DNA from: Dehalococcoidia bacterium
GTDB taxonomy: Bacteria; Chloroflexota; Dehalococcoidia; UBA2979
Direction: 5' to 3'
Assembly: GCA_965219085.1 (NCBI GenBank)
Contig: OZ244720.1
Location: forward strand, 224,001-288,000
Length of the DNA: 64,000 bases
The position numbers and the translations under genes are program-made. Below are positions 1-12,293 of the stretch, one piece after another. Every line of letters begins with the position of its first letter. The first letter of the stretch is position 1. Below the pieces are notes generated by a model. The model searched no databases, was not told the DNA's origin, and saw only the letters and a program-made list of their open reading frames with translations.

Positions 1-160
1 GGCGTAATCCGTGACCATAACGAGTCTCCCTCTCCTGGCCGACGCTCCGGAAACAACGCACCGAGTATATCGCAGCCCCGGCCGCATCGAGCGTCGTGCG
101 TGGCCCATAGGGGCGCTTCGCGTCGTGATCAGCTACCCTAGCGCCACAACGAGGATCACC

Positions 161-778
161 ATGACCTACGAATCTGACATCGACGAGCAGGGTCCCGAGG
201 TCTCGATGACCGAGCCCGCGATCGAGCGGCTCAAGATGCTCATCGCGAACGCCGGCGACCCGCCCGTCTCCGGCATCCGCCTCCAGATCACCAAGCGCAC
301 CTCCCAGGGCTTCGAGCACTTGCTCTCAATGGTCGACGCGGGTCGCGAGCCCGAGGAAGACTACGAGCTCGACTTCGACGACCTCGCCGTCTTTGTCGAA
401 GGCGCCAACGCGGAGTCCCTCGACGGCATCGCCGTGCACTGGGAGTACAAGGGCGAGGGCGTCAACGGCTTCGAGTTCGACAACCCGAACCCGCCCTGGC
501 ATGACCCGAACGCGATGCGCATCCAGGAGCTGTTCGACCAGAGCATCAACCCCGGCATCGCCTCGCACGGCGGCTTCGTCGACCTGCTCGGGATCGAGGG
601 CAAGACCGCCTACATTCGCCTCGGCGGGGGCTGCCAGGGCTGCGGCATGGCCGACGTGACGCTCAAGCAGGGCATCGAGGTCGCCATCAAGGAGGCCGTC
701 CCGGAGATCGAGGAGGTCGCCGACGAGACCGACCACGACGCCGGCGCGAACCCCTACTTCCAGCCCGCGAAGAAGTAG
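161..778 (+). CDS. nfuA: NfuA-type Fe-S cluster carrier (degenerate A-type N-domain plus NifU C-domain)
   Basis: C-terminal INPGIASHGG...LGGGCQGCGMA NifU motif; GAGGA RBS before ATG 161 (ORF-track start at 11 is too far upstream). Confidence 0.85.
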   Translation: MTYESDIDEQGPEVSMTEPAIERLKMLIANAGDPPVSGIRLQITKRTSQGFEHLLSMVDAGREPEEDYELDFDDLAVFVEGANAESLDGIAVHWEYKGEGVNGFEFDNPNPPWHDPNAMRIQELFDQSINPGIASHGGFVDLLGIEGKTAYIRLGGGCQGCGMADVTLKQGIEVAIKEAVPEIEEVADETDHDAGANPYFQPAKK

Positions 779-2238
779 TGCCGGGCGCTCCCCAACAAGG
801 CAGCTCATCGCACGCATCACCGGCACGCGCCACGCGTGTCCTGCTGCTCTCGACGTATGAGATGGGGCACCAGCCGCTCAGCCTCGCGGCGCCCGCCGCC
901 GCGCTGCGCGCGCGCGGCCACGCCGTCGACGTGCTCGACCTCGCCGTCGACCCGCTCGACGATGGGCGCGTGCGCGCTGCCGACCTGATCGCGCTGTCGA
1001 TCCCGATGCACACGGCGTCGAGGCTCGCACTGCAACTCGTGCCACGGCTGCGCGCGCTGCGGCCCGACGCCGCGATCGCGCTCTACGGCCTCTACGCCGG
1101 GCTGCTCGGCGACCTCCGCGCGAGCGGGCTCGTCGACGCGGTGGCCGGGGGCGAGTACGAGCCCGCGCTGTGCGACCTCGCCGACCGCATCGCGGCGGGT
1201 GAAGGCCTCGACGCGCCGGCGCCCGACGCCGCATTCGCGCGCCAGCACTACCCCGTCCCCGACCGCAGCGGCCTGCCCGCCCTCGACCGCTACGCGCAGC
1301 TCCAAACCGAGGACGGCTTCGCCGTCGCCGGCTACGTCGAGGCGACCCGCGGCTGCGCGCACCAGTGCCTGCACTGCCCGGTGACCGCTGCCTACGACGG
1401 CCGGCTGCGCCTCGTCCAGCCCGAGACGGTGCTCGCCGACGTCGACCAGCAAGTGGAGGCCGGCGCCGCGCACATCACGTTCGGCGACCCCGACTTCCTC
1501 AACGCCGTGCCGCACTCGCTCGCGATCGCCGAGGGGCTGCACGGACGTCACCCCTCGCTGAGCTTCGACGTGACGACGAAGGTCGAGCACCTCCTCGAAC
1601 ACGCAGCGGTGCTGCCGCAGCTGAAGGACCTCGGCTGCCTCTTCGTCACCTCGGCGTTCGAAGCGACGAGCGACGAGGTGCTGCGCCAGCTCGACAAGGG
1701 CCACAACGCCGCCGACCTCGTCCCCGCCCTCGACGCGTGCGAGGAGGCGGGGCTGGCGGTACGGCCGACGTGGATGACGTTCACGCCGTGGACCACGGCC
1801 GACGACCTCGCCGACATGCTCGCCTTCATCGAGGCGCACGGGCTCGTCGAGCGCGTGCCGCCGGTGCAGTACGGGTTGCGGCTGCTACTGCCGCCGGGCT
1901 CGCCGCTGATCGCGCCGACCCACGCGCAGGGCCTCCTCGGCGCGTACGACGCCGAGTCGCTGACCTACGAGTGGCGTCCGCTGGACGAGCGCGTCGACCC
2001 GCTCCAGCGCACGATCGCCGGCATCGTCGCCGAGCAGCACGCCGACATCCACGCGGGCCACGCCCGCACGTTCGGCCTCGTGCGTGAGGCAGTCCTCGCG
2101 GCTACCGGGCAGCGAGCGCCGGCGACGGCCGCGTCGCCGCGCGTCCTCCCGGCGGCACCGGGCCTCACCGAGAGCTGGTTCTGCTGAGCGGAGCCCACCG
2201 CGGAGCAGTCTGCTTCGCTCGACCTCATCACCCTCTAA
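778..2238 (+). CDS. CUAEP-tail radical SAM (seleno)protein; TGA 2185-2187 probably Sec
   Basis: CxxxCxxC motif (RGCAHQCLHC); N-terminal LLSTYEMGHQP domain; reading through TGA gives WFC-U-AEPTAEQSASLDLITL ending at TAA 2236-2238; start overlaps nfuA stop (TAGTG). Confidence 0.85.
2188..2220 (+). promoter_or_regulatory. Candidate bacterial SECIS element
   Basis: Hairpin GCGGAGCA-GTC-TGCTTCGC (2200-2218) with a G-first loop about 20 nt downstream of the in-frame TGA. Confidence 0.6.
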
Positions 2239-2262
2239 CGAGGCGGCGTGACGGCTCGCTCG

Positions 2263-2622
2263 CTACTCCGCAGGCGGCGTCTCGTTGTGCACGAGGCCGA
2301 CGACGTTGCCGTCGGGGTCGGCGAACAGCGCCATCGTCACCATGCCGGGGATCGTCGTGATCTCCTGCACGGTCTTGCCGCCGAGCGCCTCGACTCGGTC
2401 GAGGTATGCCTGCAGGTCGTCGACCTCGATGTAGATGGTGACGCCGGGCTGCTCCGCGGCGGTGATGCCGCCGCCGATGCCCGTCTCCTCCTGGGCCTCG
2501 ACCAGGCCGTACTGCATCGGGTTATCGGCGTTGACCTCCCAGTCGAAGGCCTGGGCGTAGAACTGCTGGAGCGCGGCGCCGTCGGCTCCTGCGATATCGA
2601 AGTGCACGATGGGATTGGGCAT
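2263..2622 (-). CDS. VOC/glyoxalase-bleomycin resistance family protein
   Basis: PIVHFDI...FY..AFDW...YIEVDDL...GG...ALFADPDGNVVGL pattern; start at MPNPIVHF. Confidence 0.85.
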   Translation of the reverse strand: MPNPIVHFDIAGADGAALQQFYAQAFDWEVNADNPMQYGLVEAQEETGIGGGITAAEQPGVTIYIEVDDLQAYLDRVEALGGKTVQEITTIPGMVTMALFADPDGNVVGLVHNETPPAE

Positions 2623-2820
2623 GGGTGGGTCCTTTCGATGAGTTGGTGGGAGCGATGTGCGGGGCGGGCAAGCCGCCTCGATCAACGTAGCACGCGGTGA
2701 GGCTTCAGGAGAGTGCGTGCCGCGAGTCTGAACCCGCGATTACAATCGTGTGCGTCGACGCATGGTTTTTTAGCGACGTATCATGTACGCTTCACAAGTA
2801 ACTCCGGGGGACTCGGCCGA

Positions 2821-3213
2821 ATGACCGCCAGCGATCCTGCCGCGATAGCCGACCATGCAGCCCAGGCCCGCGACTTCCTGGCCAGGAGTCGGGAGTACCT
2901 CGCTGCCGACCACCTGCATCAAGCCTCCGAAAAGGGGTGGGGAGCGGCCGCGCACATGGCCAAGGCCGTCGCTGCGGCGCAGGGCTGGGAGTATGAGACC
3001 CACGCCGACTTCAGCGCCGTGCTGAACCGAGCCCGTCAGGTGACCGGCAGTGACCGCCTTCCGGGCCTGCGAAGCATTGCCAACGAACTGCACAGCAACT
3101 ACTACCGGCGCAAGCGACACCTGGACGCCGAGAGCATCGGCGAGGACCTCGAGAGCGTGGCGGCGTTGCTGGAGATCCTCGCGCCGCTCGCAGACCCGTC
3201 GAGCCAGAGCTAG
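2821..3213 (+). CDS. PaREP1/HEPN-like helical protein
   Basis: QASEKGWGAAA motif and LHSNYY; about 130 aa. Confidence 0.7.
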   Translation: MTASDPAAIADHAAQARDFLARSREYLAADHLHQASEKGWGAAAHMAKAVAAAQGWEYETHADFSAVLNRARQVTGSDRLPGLRSIANELHSNYYRRKRHLDAESIGEDLESVAALLEILAPLADPSSQS

Positions 3214-3238
3214 CGCGAGACAGGTCACGCCGCGTCCA

Positions 3239-4540
3239 CTACGAGAGCGCGCGTCGTCGCTCGCTTCCACCCTCGAGTGCCAGTTCCGCCACGCTGTCCT
3301 CGCCCTCATCGACGATGTCGATGCGGAGCAGCCCGTGCGCCTTGCGCAGCGACGCCTCGACATCCTCGGGGCGCTCGCCGCGGGCAAAGATGAAGCCGAG
3401 GTACTCGCTGCCCTCGGGCAGCGGGGTCACCGCGTGTCCCAGCGGGGTCGTGATGGCGATACCGGCCACCCCGCGCGCCGCCCTCGCCGCGGCGAGGCCA
3501 CCGACGCGGTTGAGGCGGCCCGCCTGCGGTATCGGGATCATCATCACGCCCGACGCCGCACTCGTCCGCTCGATGCTGGACGCGGGCGCGCCCACGGCGT
3601 GGCTGAGCAGCAGTGCTTCGAGGGTGACGCCCGCGCCGAACTGGAGCGTGCGCGAGCACAGCCCGCCGATGCTCCGTGCGGCGATGTCGACCGGCCACAC
3701 GCCCTCGTCGTTGATACGCATCTCGGCGTGCAGGGGGCCGTCGCGCAGACCGAGCGCGCGCGCGGCGTCGGCGGCCGTGCGGCGCACCTCCTCCTGCCGC
3801 TCCGCGGGCAGCCGCGAGGGCGTCACGTAGATCGTCTCCTCGAAGTACGGGCCGACGAGCGGGTCGGGCTTGTCGAAGATGGCGAGCACCTCGAGCTCGC
3901 CGTCGGTGAGCAGGCCCTCGACGGAGACCTCCTCGCCGGGGATGTAGCCTTCGATGAGCACACGGTCGTCGGTGCCCATGCACTCGTCGCGCACGGCGGG
4001 GTCGCGTAGCAGCGCGCGCAGCCGCTCGAACGCCACGACGAACTCCGCCTCGTCGTTCGCGCGGATCACGCCGCGGCTGGCGGAGAGCGAGAGCGGCTTC
4101 ACGACGCACGGCAGCGGCGCCTCGGCGGCCATGGCGCGTGGATCCGCGTCGACAGGCACGACCATCCATGGCGGCGAGAGCACTCCGCCGGCCTCCAGCC
4201 GCTGCCGCAGCAGGGACTTGTCGCGCGTGCCCGCGACGGCGTCGACGGTGTTGTGCGGCAGGCCGAGCCGCTCGGACGCGCGCGCCGCGGCGAGCGTCCC
4301 CGCGTCGTCGACCGCGACGACGGCTGCGAGCGGGCGCTCGATGGCGTATGCCTGGATCGCCTCGGCGGCGGCCTCCGGATCGCCGAGGGGTAGCGCGAGC
4401 GTGGTTCCTGGCAGGAACGACTCGACGGCGGAGCGCTGGTCCGAGCCGACTACCACGTCGACGTCGAGTTCGGCGGCGGCGGCCATGAAGTCGGACGCGC
4501 GGTAGCTGGCGCTGGGGATGAGCAGGAGTACGCGCGCCAT
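3239..4540 (-). CDS. ATP-grasp domain protein (amino-acid ligase-like)
   Basis: PCVVKPLSLSASRGV, LIEGYIPGEEVSVEG, HAEMR, DIAARSIGG motifs; GGAGG RBS before ATG 4540. Confidence 0.85.
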   Translation of the reverse strand: MARVLLLIPSASYRASDFMAAAAELDVDVVVGSDQRSAVESFLPGTTLALPLGDPEAAAEAIQAYAIERPLAAVVAVDDAGTLAAARASERLGLPHNTVDAVAGTRDKSLLRQRLEAGGVLSPPWMVVPVDADPRAMAAEAPLPCVVKPLSLSASRGVIRANDEAEFVVAFERLRALLRDPAVRDECMGTDDRVLIEGYIPGEEVSVEGLLTDGELEVLAIFDKPDPLVGPYFEETIYVTPSRLPAERQEEVRRTAADAARALGLRDGPLHAEMRINDEGVWPVDIAARSIGGLCSRTLQFGAGVTLEALLLSHAVGAPASSIERTSAASGVMMIPIPQAGRLNRVGGLAAARAARGVAGIAITTPLGHAVTPLPEGSEYLGFIFARGERPEDVEASLRKAHGLLRIDIVDEGEDSVAELALEGGSERRRALS

Positions 4541-4608
4541 CGGGCCTCCGGTGGTGGTTGCCGCCCTCGGTAGCATCGATTGTAGCGGGGCGACCGAAGG
4601 AGCACGGG

Positions 4609-5334
4609 ATGCTACAGGCCCACACGGACATCGGGCTCGTCCGCTCGACGAACCAGGACGTCGCGCTCGCCGAGGAACTGCGCGACGGCCGCAGCCTGCT
4701 CGTCGTCGCCGACGGCGTCGGCGGCCTCCCGGGTGGCGAGGTCGCCTCGCGCACCGCCGTCGACACGCTGGCCGAGGTCCTGCGCACGGCCGGCGACGAA
4801 CCGCCCGACGCGGCGCTGCGCCGGGCGTTCGCAGCAGCGAACGACGCAGTGCGTGTGGGGCAGCGGGGCGACCTCGCCCGCATGAGCACCACGCTCGTCG
4901 CCGCGCTCGTGCGCGGGGGCACGGCGTGGGTCGCCAACATCGGGGACAGCCGCGCCTACCTCGTGGCGGACGGCGAGGCGCGACAGCTGACGCTCGACCA
5001 CTCGTGGGTCGAGGAGGGGATCCGCGCGGGTGAGCTCGCCCCCGACGACCCGCTGGTCGCGCTCAACCGCCACGTGATCACGCGCGCCATCGGCCTCGAC
5101 GCCCACGCCGCCGTCGATGTCTTCGGCCCGTTCGACCTGCTTCCCGGCAGCGTGCTGCTGCTCTGCACCGACGGGCTGCACGGCGTGCTCGACGACCCGG
5201 CGATCGCCGACGTCGTCGCGGCGTCCGAGGGCGACTACGCGCGCGATCTCGTCGACGTGGTGCTCACGGCGGGCGCGCCCGACAACGTCGCGGTCGCCGT
5301 TTTGGCAGCGCCGGCATCGCAGCCGGGTGCGTAG
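4609..5334 (+). CDS. PP2C-family Ser/Thr protein phosphatase
   Basis: R..NQD, VADGVGG, NIGDSRAY, LCTDGL, DNVAV motifs; AAGGAG RBS. Confidence 0.9.
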   Translation: MLQAHTDIGLVRSTNQDVALAEELRDGRSLLVVADGVGGLPGGEVASRTAVDTLAEVLRTAGDEPPDAALRRAFAAANDAVRVGQRGDLARMSTTLVAALVRGGTAWVANIGDSRAYLVADGEARQLTLDHSWVEEGIRAGELAPDDPLVALNRHVITRAIGLDAHAAVDVFGPFDLLPGSVLLLCTDGLHGVLDDPAIADVVAASEGDYARDLVDVVLTAGAPDNVAVAVLAAPASQPGA

Positions 5335-5409
5335 ACCTGCTATCAGCGTTCGTTGCAGTACAGTGCTGCCGAACGCCCCGACGCGACACCAGCACGTGGA
5401 GGCGACGAC

Positions 5410-5728
5410 ATGCCCAAGTACCTGGTCAAGGCGTCGTACAACCCCAGGGGCGCAGGGCCTGCTACAGGAAGGCGGAACCTCGCGACGCGACGCCCCCACC
5501 GCCTTGATCGAGTCGGTCGGCGGCTCGGTCGATACGTTCCTCTACGCGTTCGGCGGTGACGACCTCTACATCGTCATGGATGTGCCGGACAACGTGTCGG
5601 CAGCCGCGCGCGGCCTCGCCATCGGCGCGGCGGGCGCCATCACGTGGAACACCACGGTGATGCTCACGCCCGAGGAGATCGACGAGGCAGCCGGCAAGTC
5701 CGTCACCTACCGCCCGCCCGGCGCGTAG
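5410..5728 (+). pseudogene. GYD-domain protein, frameshifted near 5441-5450
   Basis: MPKYLVKASYNP (GGAGG RBS) continues in another frame as GAQGLLQEGG...YAFGGDD...TTVMLTPEEIDEAAGKSVTYRPPGA. Confidence 0.7.
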
Positions 5729-6519
5729 CCCGCTCGACCGGCGGGCAGCCCGTAGCGCGGGCGCGCCGAGGGCGGGAGCAACACCGCGGGCGGCCGGCGC
5801 AGCACGCGCGGCAGCCTGGGCCAGACGGCCCGGCTCAGCGCGCTGACGCCCTCGAACAGCGCGGCGCGGGCAGGATCCCACGCCATGCCGTACTCGTGGC
5901 GCAGCCGCGGCGGCAGCAGCCCCGCCGTGATCTCGCGCCACGGCACGATCAGCGGGCCGAACGGCGGCGCCGCGCGGCACAGCTCGCGCGCGATGGCCCG
6001 CGCCATCTCGCTCACCTCGAGGCGCTCGATCATCGCGTCGAGGTACGCGTTGAAGGCGTCGATGTCGGGTGGCAGCAGCGCCTCCGGGACGCCGAGCAGC
6101 CGCCCGACGAGCTTCGTGTCCTCGTAGTAGCGCGCCTCGCGCTCCGGCGGGAGCGCGCGCACGAAGCGCCGATGGCACTCGAGCGCGGTGTCGACGAGCG
6201 TCGCGTGCACCCACAGCAGCAGCTCGGGGTCGCGCGCCTCGTAGTCTGCGCCGGTGACGCCTCGATGCACCGAGTTGACGCCGCGCGCCGCGGCACGCAC
6301 CTCGTCGGCGTTGCCGAAGACGATGGCGAACATCGGGCGCAGCGTGCGCAGCAGCCGACCGAAGCGGTCGCCTCGCCACTCGCTGTGCTCGGCGACGCCC
6401 TGCGCTACGAGCGGGTGCGCGATCTGCATGAGCAGCGCCCGTCCGCCGCCGACGAGGACCACCGCCTCCCCGTCGACCTCGCGGATCGCCGCGCCGGGAG
6501 CGAATGGCAGCCCGTCCAC
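5707..6519 (-). CDS. Oxygenase MpaB / DUF2236 family protein
   Basis: GGRALLMQIAHPLVAQGVAEHS, LLWVHATLVD motifs; GTG start at 6519 with GAGG upstream. Confidence 0.8.
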   Translation of the reverse strand: MDGLPFAPGAAIREVDGEAVVLVGGGRALLMQIAHPLVAQGVAEHSEWRGDRFGRLLRTLRPMFAIVFGNADEVRAAARGVNSVHRGVTGADYEARDPELLLWVHATLVDTALECHRRFVRALPPEREARYYEDTKLVGRLLGVPEALLPPDIDAFNAYLDAMIERLEVSEMARAIARELCRAAPPFGPLIVPWREITAGLLPPRLRHEYGMAWDPARAALFEGVSALSRAVWPRLPRVLRRPPAVLLPPSARPRYGLPAGRAGYAPGGR

Positions 6520-6533
6520 GGCGCCTCGCCCCG

Positions 6534-7469
6534 CTAGAAGATCACGAGGGGGTTGACCGGGCTGCCGGTGCCCCCCGGCACGCGCAGCGGCGCCACGACG
6601 AGCAGGAACTCGTAACGTCCCTCCTCGGCGCACGCCTCGGCGAGCGGCTGTAGCAGCGCGTTGTCGACGAGCGCGACGCCGAAGGCGTAGATGACCGGGT
6701 GCACGGCCCAGCCGAGTTCATACTCGTTGGGGCGCGCGTCCATCATGTCCCACACCAGCATCGACACGTCGCGGTCGCGGATGTAGCCCATGCAGCTCGC
6801 GTGCAGGCCGGGTGCGGGCTCCTCGCGCTTGCCGAAGAAGAAGTCGGGGTTCGCGGCCTGGAACGCCTCGCGGCCGCTGTAGACGACGAGGGCGTCACCC
6901 GGCCCGACCTCGACGCCTTGCGCCTCCGCGATCTCCGCGAGCTCCGCGCCGTGCACCGGCCGGTCGACGGTCACGTGCGGCTCACCGCGGTGGCGAGGCA
7001 CGTCGAGCAGCACGCCGCGCGTGATGATGCCGGTCTCCCACGCCGTCACGTCGCCGAACGTCACGCCCTCGCCGGTCACGAACTCGTCGGGGTCGCGGCC
7101 CTGCCAGCCGCCGCGGTGGTCCCAGACGTGGCTCAGCGCGTCGAGGTGGGTGTGGTTGTGGCCGTGGTAGACGAAGCCGTAGTAGTCGACCACCGAGCCG
7201 GTGTCGTACGGGCGCGCGTTGCGGCGGATGAAGTGCTGCGCGGGCGTCGGGTTCGTCGGGCCGGGCTCCTTCGGGTACGGTCGGCTGATCGAGACGACGC
7301 GCCCCGTGCGCGCCATCCCGAGCGCTTCTACCCGCTTGGCTGCGTCGATGAGGTTGACGGCTCCGACCTGGTCGTCGTCGCCCCAGCGACCCCAGTTGTT
7401 GCGCTCGGTGAGCCAGCCGTGGACCTCGTCCTTCGAGGGCAGCGCGCGCCCGTCCTGCTCGTCCGCCAT
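6534..7469 (-). CDS. Cyclase family (kynurenine formamidase-like) metal hydrolase
   Basis: NNWGRWGDDDQ.G..N, HTHLDALSH, RGVLLDV, GGTGSPVNP motifs. Confidence 0.85.
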   Translation of the reverse strand: MADEQDGRALPSKDEVHGWLTERNNWGRWGDDDQVGAVNLIDAAKRVEALGMARTGRVVSISRPYPKEPGPTNPTPAQHFIRRNARPYDTGSVVDYYGFVYHGHNHTHLDALSHVWDHRGGWQGRDPDEFVTGEGVTFGDVTAWETGIITRGVLLDVPRHRGEPHVTVDRPVHGAELAEIAEAQGVEVGPGDALVVYSGREAFQAANPDFFFGKREEPAPGLHASCMGYIRDRDVSMLVWDMMDARPNEYELGWAVHPVIYAFGVALVDNALLQPLAEACAEEGRYEFLLVVAPLRVPGGTGSPVNPLVIF

Positions 7470-7587
7470 CGTGCCCCCTCGTCCCGCGTCCGCTTCGCCG
7501 GGCGCGATGGTAGCGCGCGCTGCCCTCGACCCCCAGCGGGCGGTACGATGTGCCGACGGACCCCTCCACGCAGCTGAGGCCCCGCCC

Positions 7588-7965
7588 ATGCCCGAGCAGT
7601 ACGCCGCCACCGACACACGCACGGGCCTCGAGGTCGTCGTGACGGGCGAGTTCCCCGCGGACCCCGACGACCGCGTGCGCATCGCCCGTACGACGACGCT
7701 GTTCACGCGGCTGATGTCGACGATCCTCGCGATGGACAACAAGACGGAGCAGCGCGAGGGCTTCCGGGCAGTCGAGACGCAGCTGGAGGTGGCGGAGGCG
7801 CTGCTGCGCCGCGACCTCGAGGAGGTCCAGCGGCTGATCCACTCGACCCTCGAGACGATGGGGATCACGGAGGAGCGGCTGGCGGAGATCGAGGCGGAGC
7901 TGCGGCGTCACCTGGAGGAGTTCGGTGGCCTCGACCTGCCGCCGTCGGAGCCCCCGCCCGCATAG
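7588..7965 (+). CDS. Hypothetical protein
   Basis: Host-like codon usage; GAGG before ATG; TACGAT upstream; helical acidic C-terminal half. Confidence 0.6.
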   Translation: MPEQYAATDTRTGLEVVVTGEFPADPDDRVRIARTTTLFTRLMSTILAMDNKTEQREGFRAVETQLEVAEALLRRDLEEVQRLIHSTLETMGITEERLAEIEAELRRHLEEFGGLDLPPSEPPPA

Positions 7966-8026
7966 CTGTGGTCAGTTCCGACGGGCGGCGACCGCGGAAC
8001 GGCGGCCGCTCATCTCCCCCGGCGTG

Positions 8027-8392
8027 TCAGGATCCGCCGCCCCCGGTGGCGTCGGTGTCGTCCGCCGTCATCGACATCCTCACCGGCAGGCCATCGCCGG
8101 AACCCGATGCGGGAGCGGAGCCCGCCACGACCTGGCCCGCCTGGACGACCGGGCTGTTTCCGGCGATGGACGGCAATGCCGCCTCGCGTTCGGCCCGGCG
8201 CTGGGTGATGAATGCCCAGACCGCGCGCTTGATGAACGAGCTGACTTTCCCATCGTCGAGATTGACCTCGCTCCGGAGCTCGCGCATCTCCTCTCCGTTG
8301 AACCGCACGGACACGATCCCGCCGACAGGCCGACGCACCTCAACCGTCACCTCTTCCTCGTCGAGGATGCTGCCGTAGTCCTCGTCAGCCAT
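8027..8392 (-). CDS. Putative antitoxin (ribbon-helix-helix-like)
   Basis: Acidic N-terminus then VSVRF..EE..EL...S.FIK.AV strand-helix-helix pattern; overlaps upstream toxin by 8 nt. Confidence 0.55.
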   Translation of the reverse strand: MADEDYGSILDEEEVTVEVRRPVGGIVSVRFNGEEMRELRSEVNLDDGKVSSFIKRAVWAFITQRRAEREAALPSIAGNSPVVQAGQVVAGSAPASGSGDGLPVRMSMTADDTDATGGGGS

Positions 8393-8714
8393 CAGTGCTA
8401 CCCCCTGCCTGCCGGTACCGGGCGAGCTCGTCCCGGTCGGCGCGCCAACCCGTTACGACGTGGGATGCACCCTGCGGGTCTGGGTATTCCAGGATGAACG
8501 TGAGGAGGCGTCCTGACCCGTCGGGCCCAATCATGCGGAGGCGCTCCGGTCGTTCGCGCAGCGTCTCCCCGGACCGTTCCGTTCGCGCCTTCTGGCGAAA
8601 GAATCGCGGATGGCCATCCAGAACGTTATAGGCATCCTCGACTCGCAGTCCCCGCCGCGCCAGTTTGTCCTCCGCCTCCTCATTCCAGACGAGATACGCA
8701 ACGAACAACAGCAT
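8385..8714 (-). CDS. Putative BrnT-like ribonuclease toxin
   Basis: LVWNEEAEDKLARRGL..E, MIGPDGSGRLLTFI, VVTGWRA....ARY pattern of BrnT/RelE-fold toxins. Confidence 0.6.
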   Translation of the reverse strand: MLLFVAYLVWNEEAEDKLARRGLRVEDAYNVLDGHPRFFRQKARTERSGETLRERPERLRMIGPDGSGRLLTFILEYPDPQGASHVVTGWRADRDELARYRQAGGSTDG

Positions 8715-8724
8715 CACTCCGACC

Positions 8725-8741
8725 GGATTGTAACACAATCC
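8725..8741. promoter_or_regulatory. Palindromic operator overlapping the extended -10 of the TA operon
   Basis: Perfect inverted repeat GGATTGT-AAC-ACAATCC; minus strand reads TGtTACAAT 12 nt before the toxin ATG. Confidence 0.6.
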
Positions 8742-8778
8742 ATAAAGTATTACGCTTGAGTTGCGAAGGGGACCCGGT

Positions 8779-9195
8779 ATGCAAGTCGATGCCTTCATGA
8801 TCGCGAGGGCCGCCGAGGTGCACGACCGCCTGCTGTACGCGCTCGCAGCAGGATGGACACGTTGCTGGCCCGGGCCGGGCCAGCGGTACCCATACCTGAC
8901 CAACCTCTCCGTGTTCGCGTCCGTCCGCGTCGACCCGGCCGAGATGGACGGGGAGCACCGCTTCGCGGTGACCGCGCGCGATCCCGACGAGGTACTCCTC
9001 GGGCCCGCTCCCATTGAAGGCTCGTTCGTTTGCGCCAGAGACCGTAGCGGCGGGGAAGAGATGAGCCAGTTGGTTCACGTCAACGCAACGCTTCGTGTCG
9101 AGTTTCCTCACCCAGGCGTGTACTCGCTCGTCCTCAGCCTCGACGGCGCTGAAGCGCACCGCATCCAGATCGCCGCGCTAGCCGGTGCGCCGTAG
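8779..9195 (+). CDS. Hypothetical beta-rich protein (DUF6941-like)
   Basis: A.AAEV.D.LLY.L..GW N-terminus and F..PG.Y...L.LDG C-terminus; divergent from the TA pair. Confidence 0.55.
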   Translation: MQVDAFMIARAAEVHDRLLYALAAGWTRCWPGPGQRYPYLTNLSVFASVRVDPAEMDGEHRFAVTARDPDEVLLGPAPIEGSFVCARDRSGGEEMSQLVHVNATLRVEFPHPGVYSLVLSLDGAEAHRIQIAALAGAP

Positions 9196-9296
9196 GTCCC
9201 GGCCACTGGCAGACCCCGCCCACCCCGGCTACGCTTGATACCCGCGCGCGCATTCGAGCGCGCTGGACTCCCCCTCGCCGCAATCGAGGTGATCCC

Positions 9297-12293
<2,997 letters not shown>

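Noticed and set aside
9196-9296. LexA box upstream of uvrA
   Set aside because: No GAAC-N4-GTTC-like site found; only GC-rich self-complementary runs
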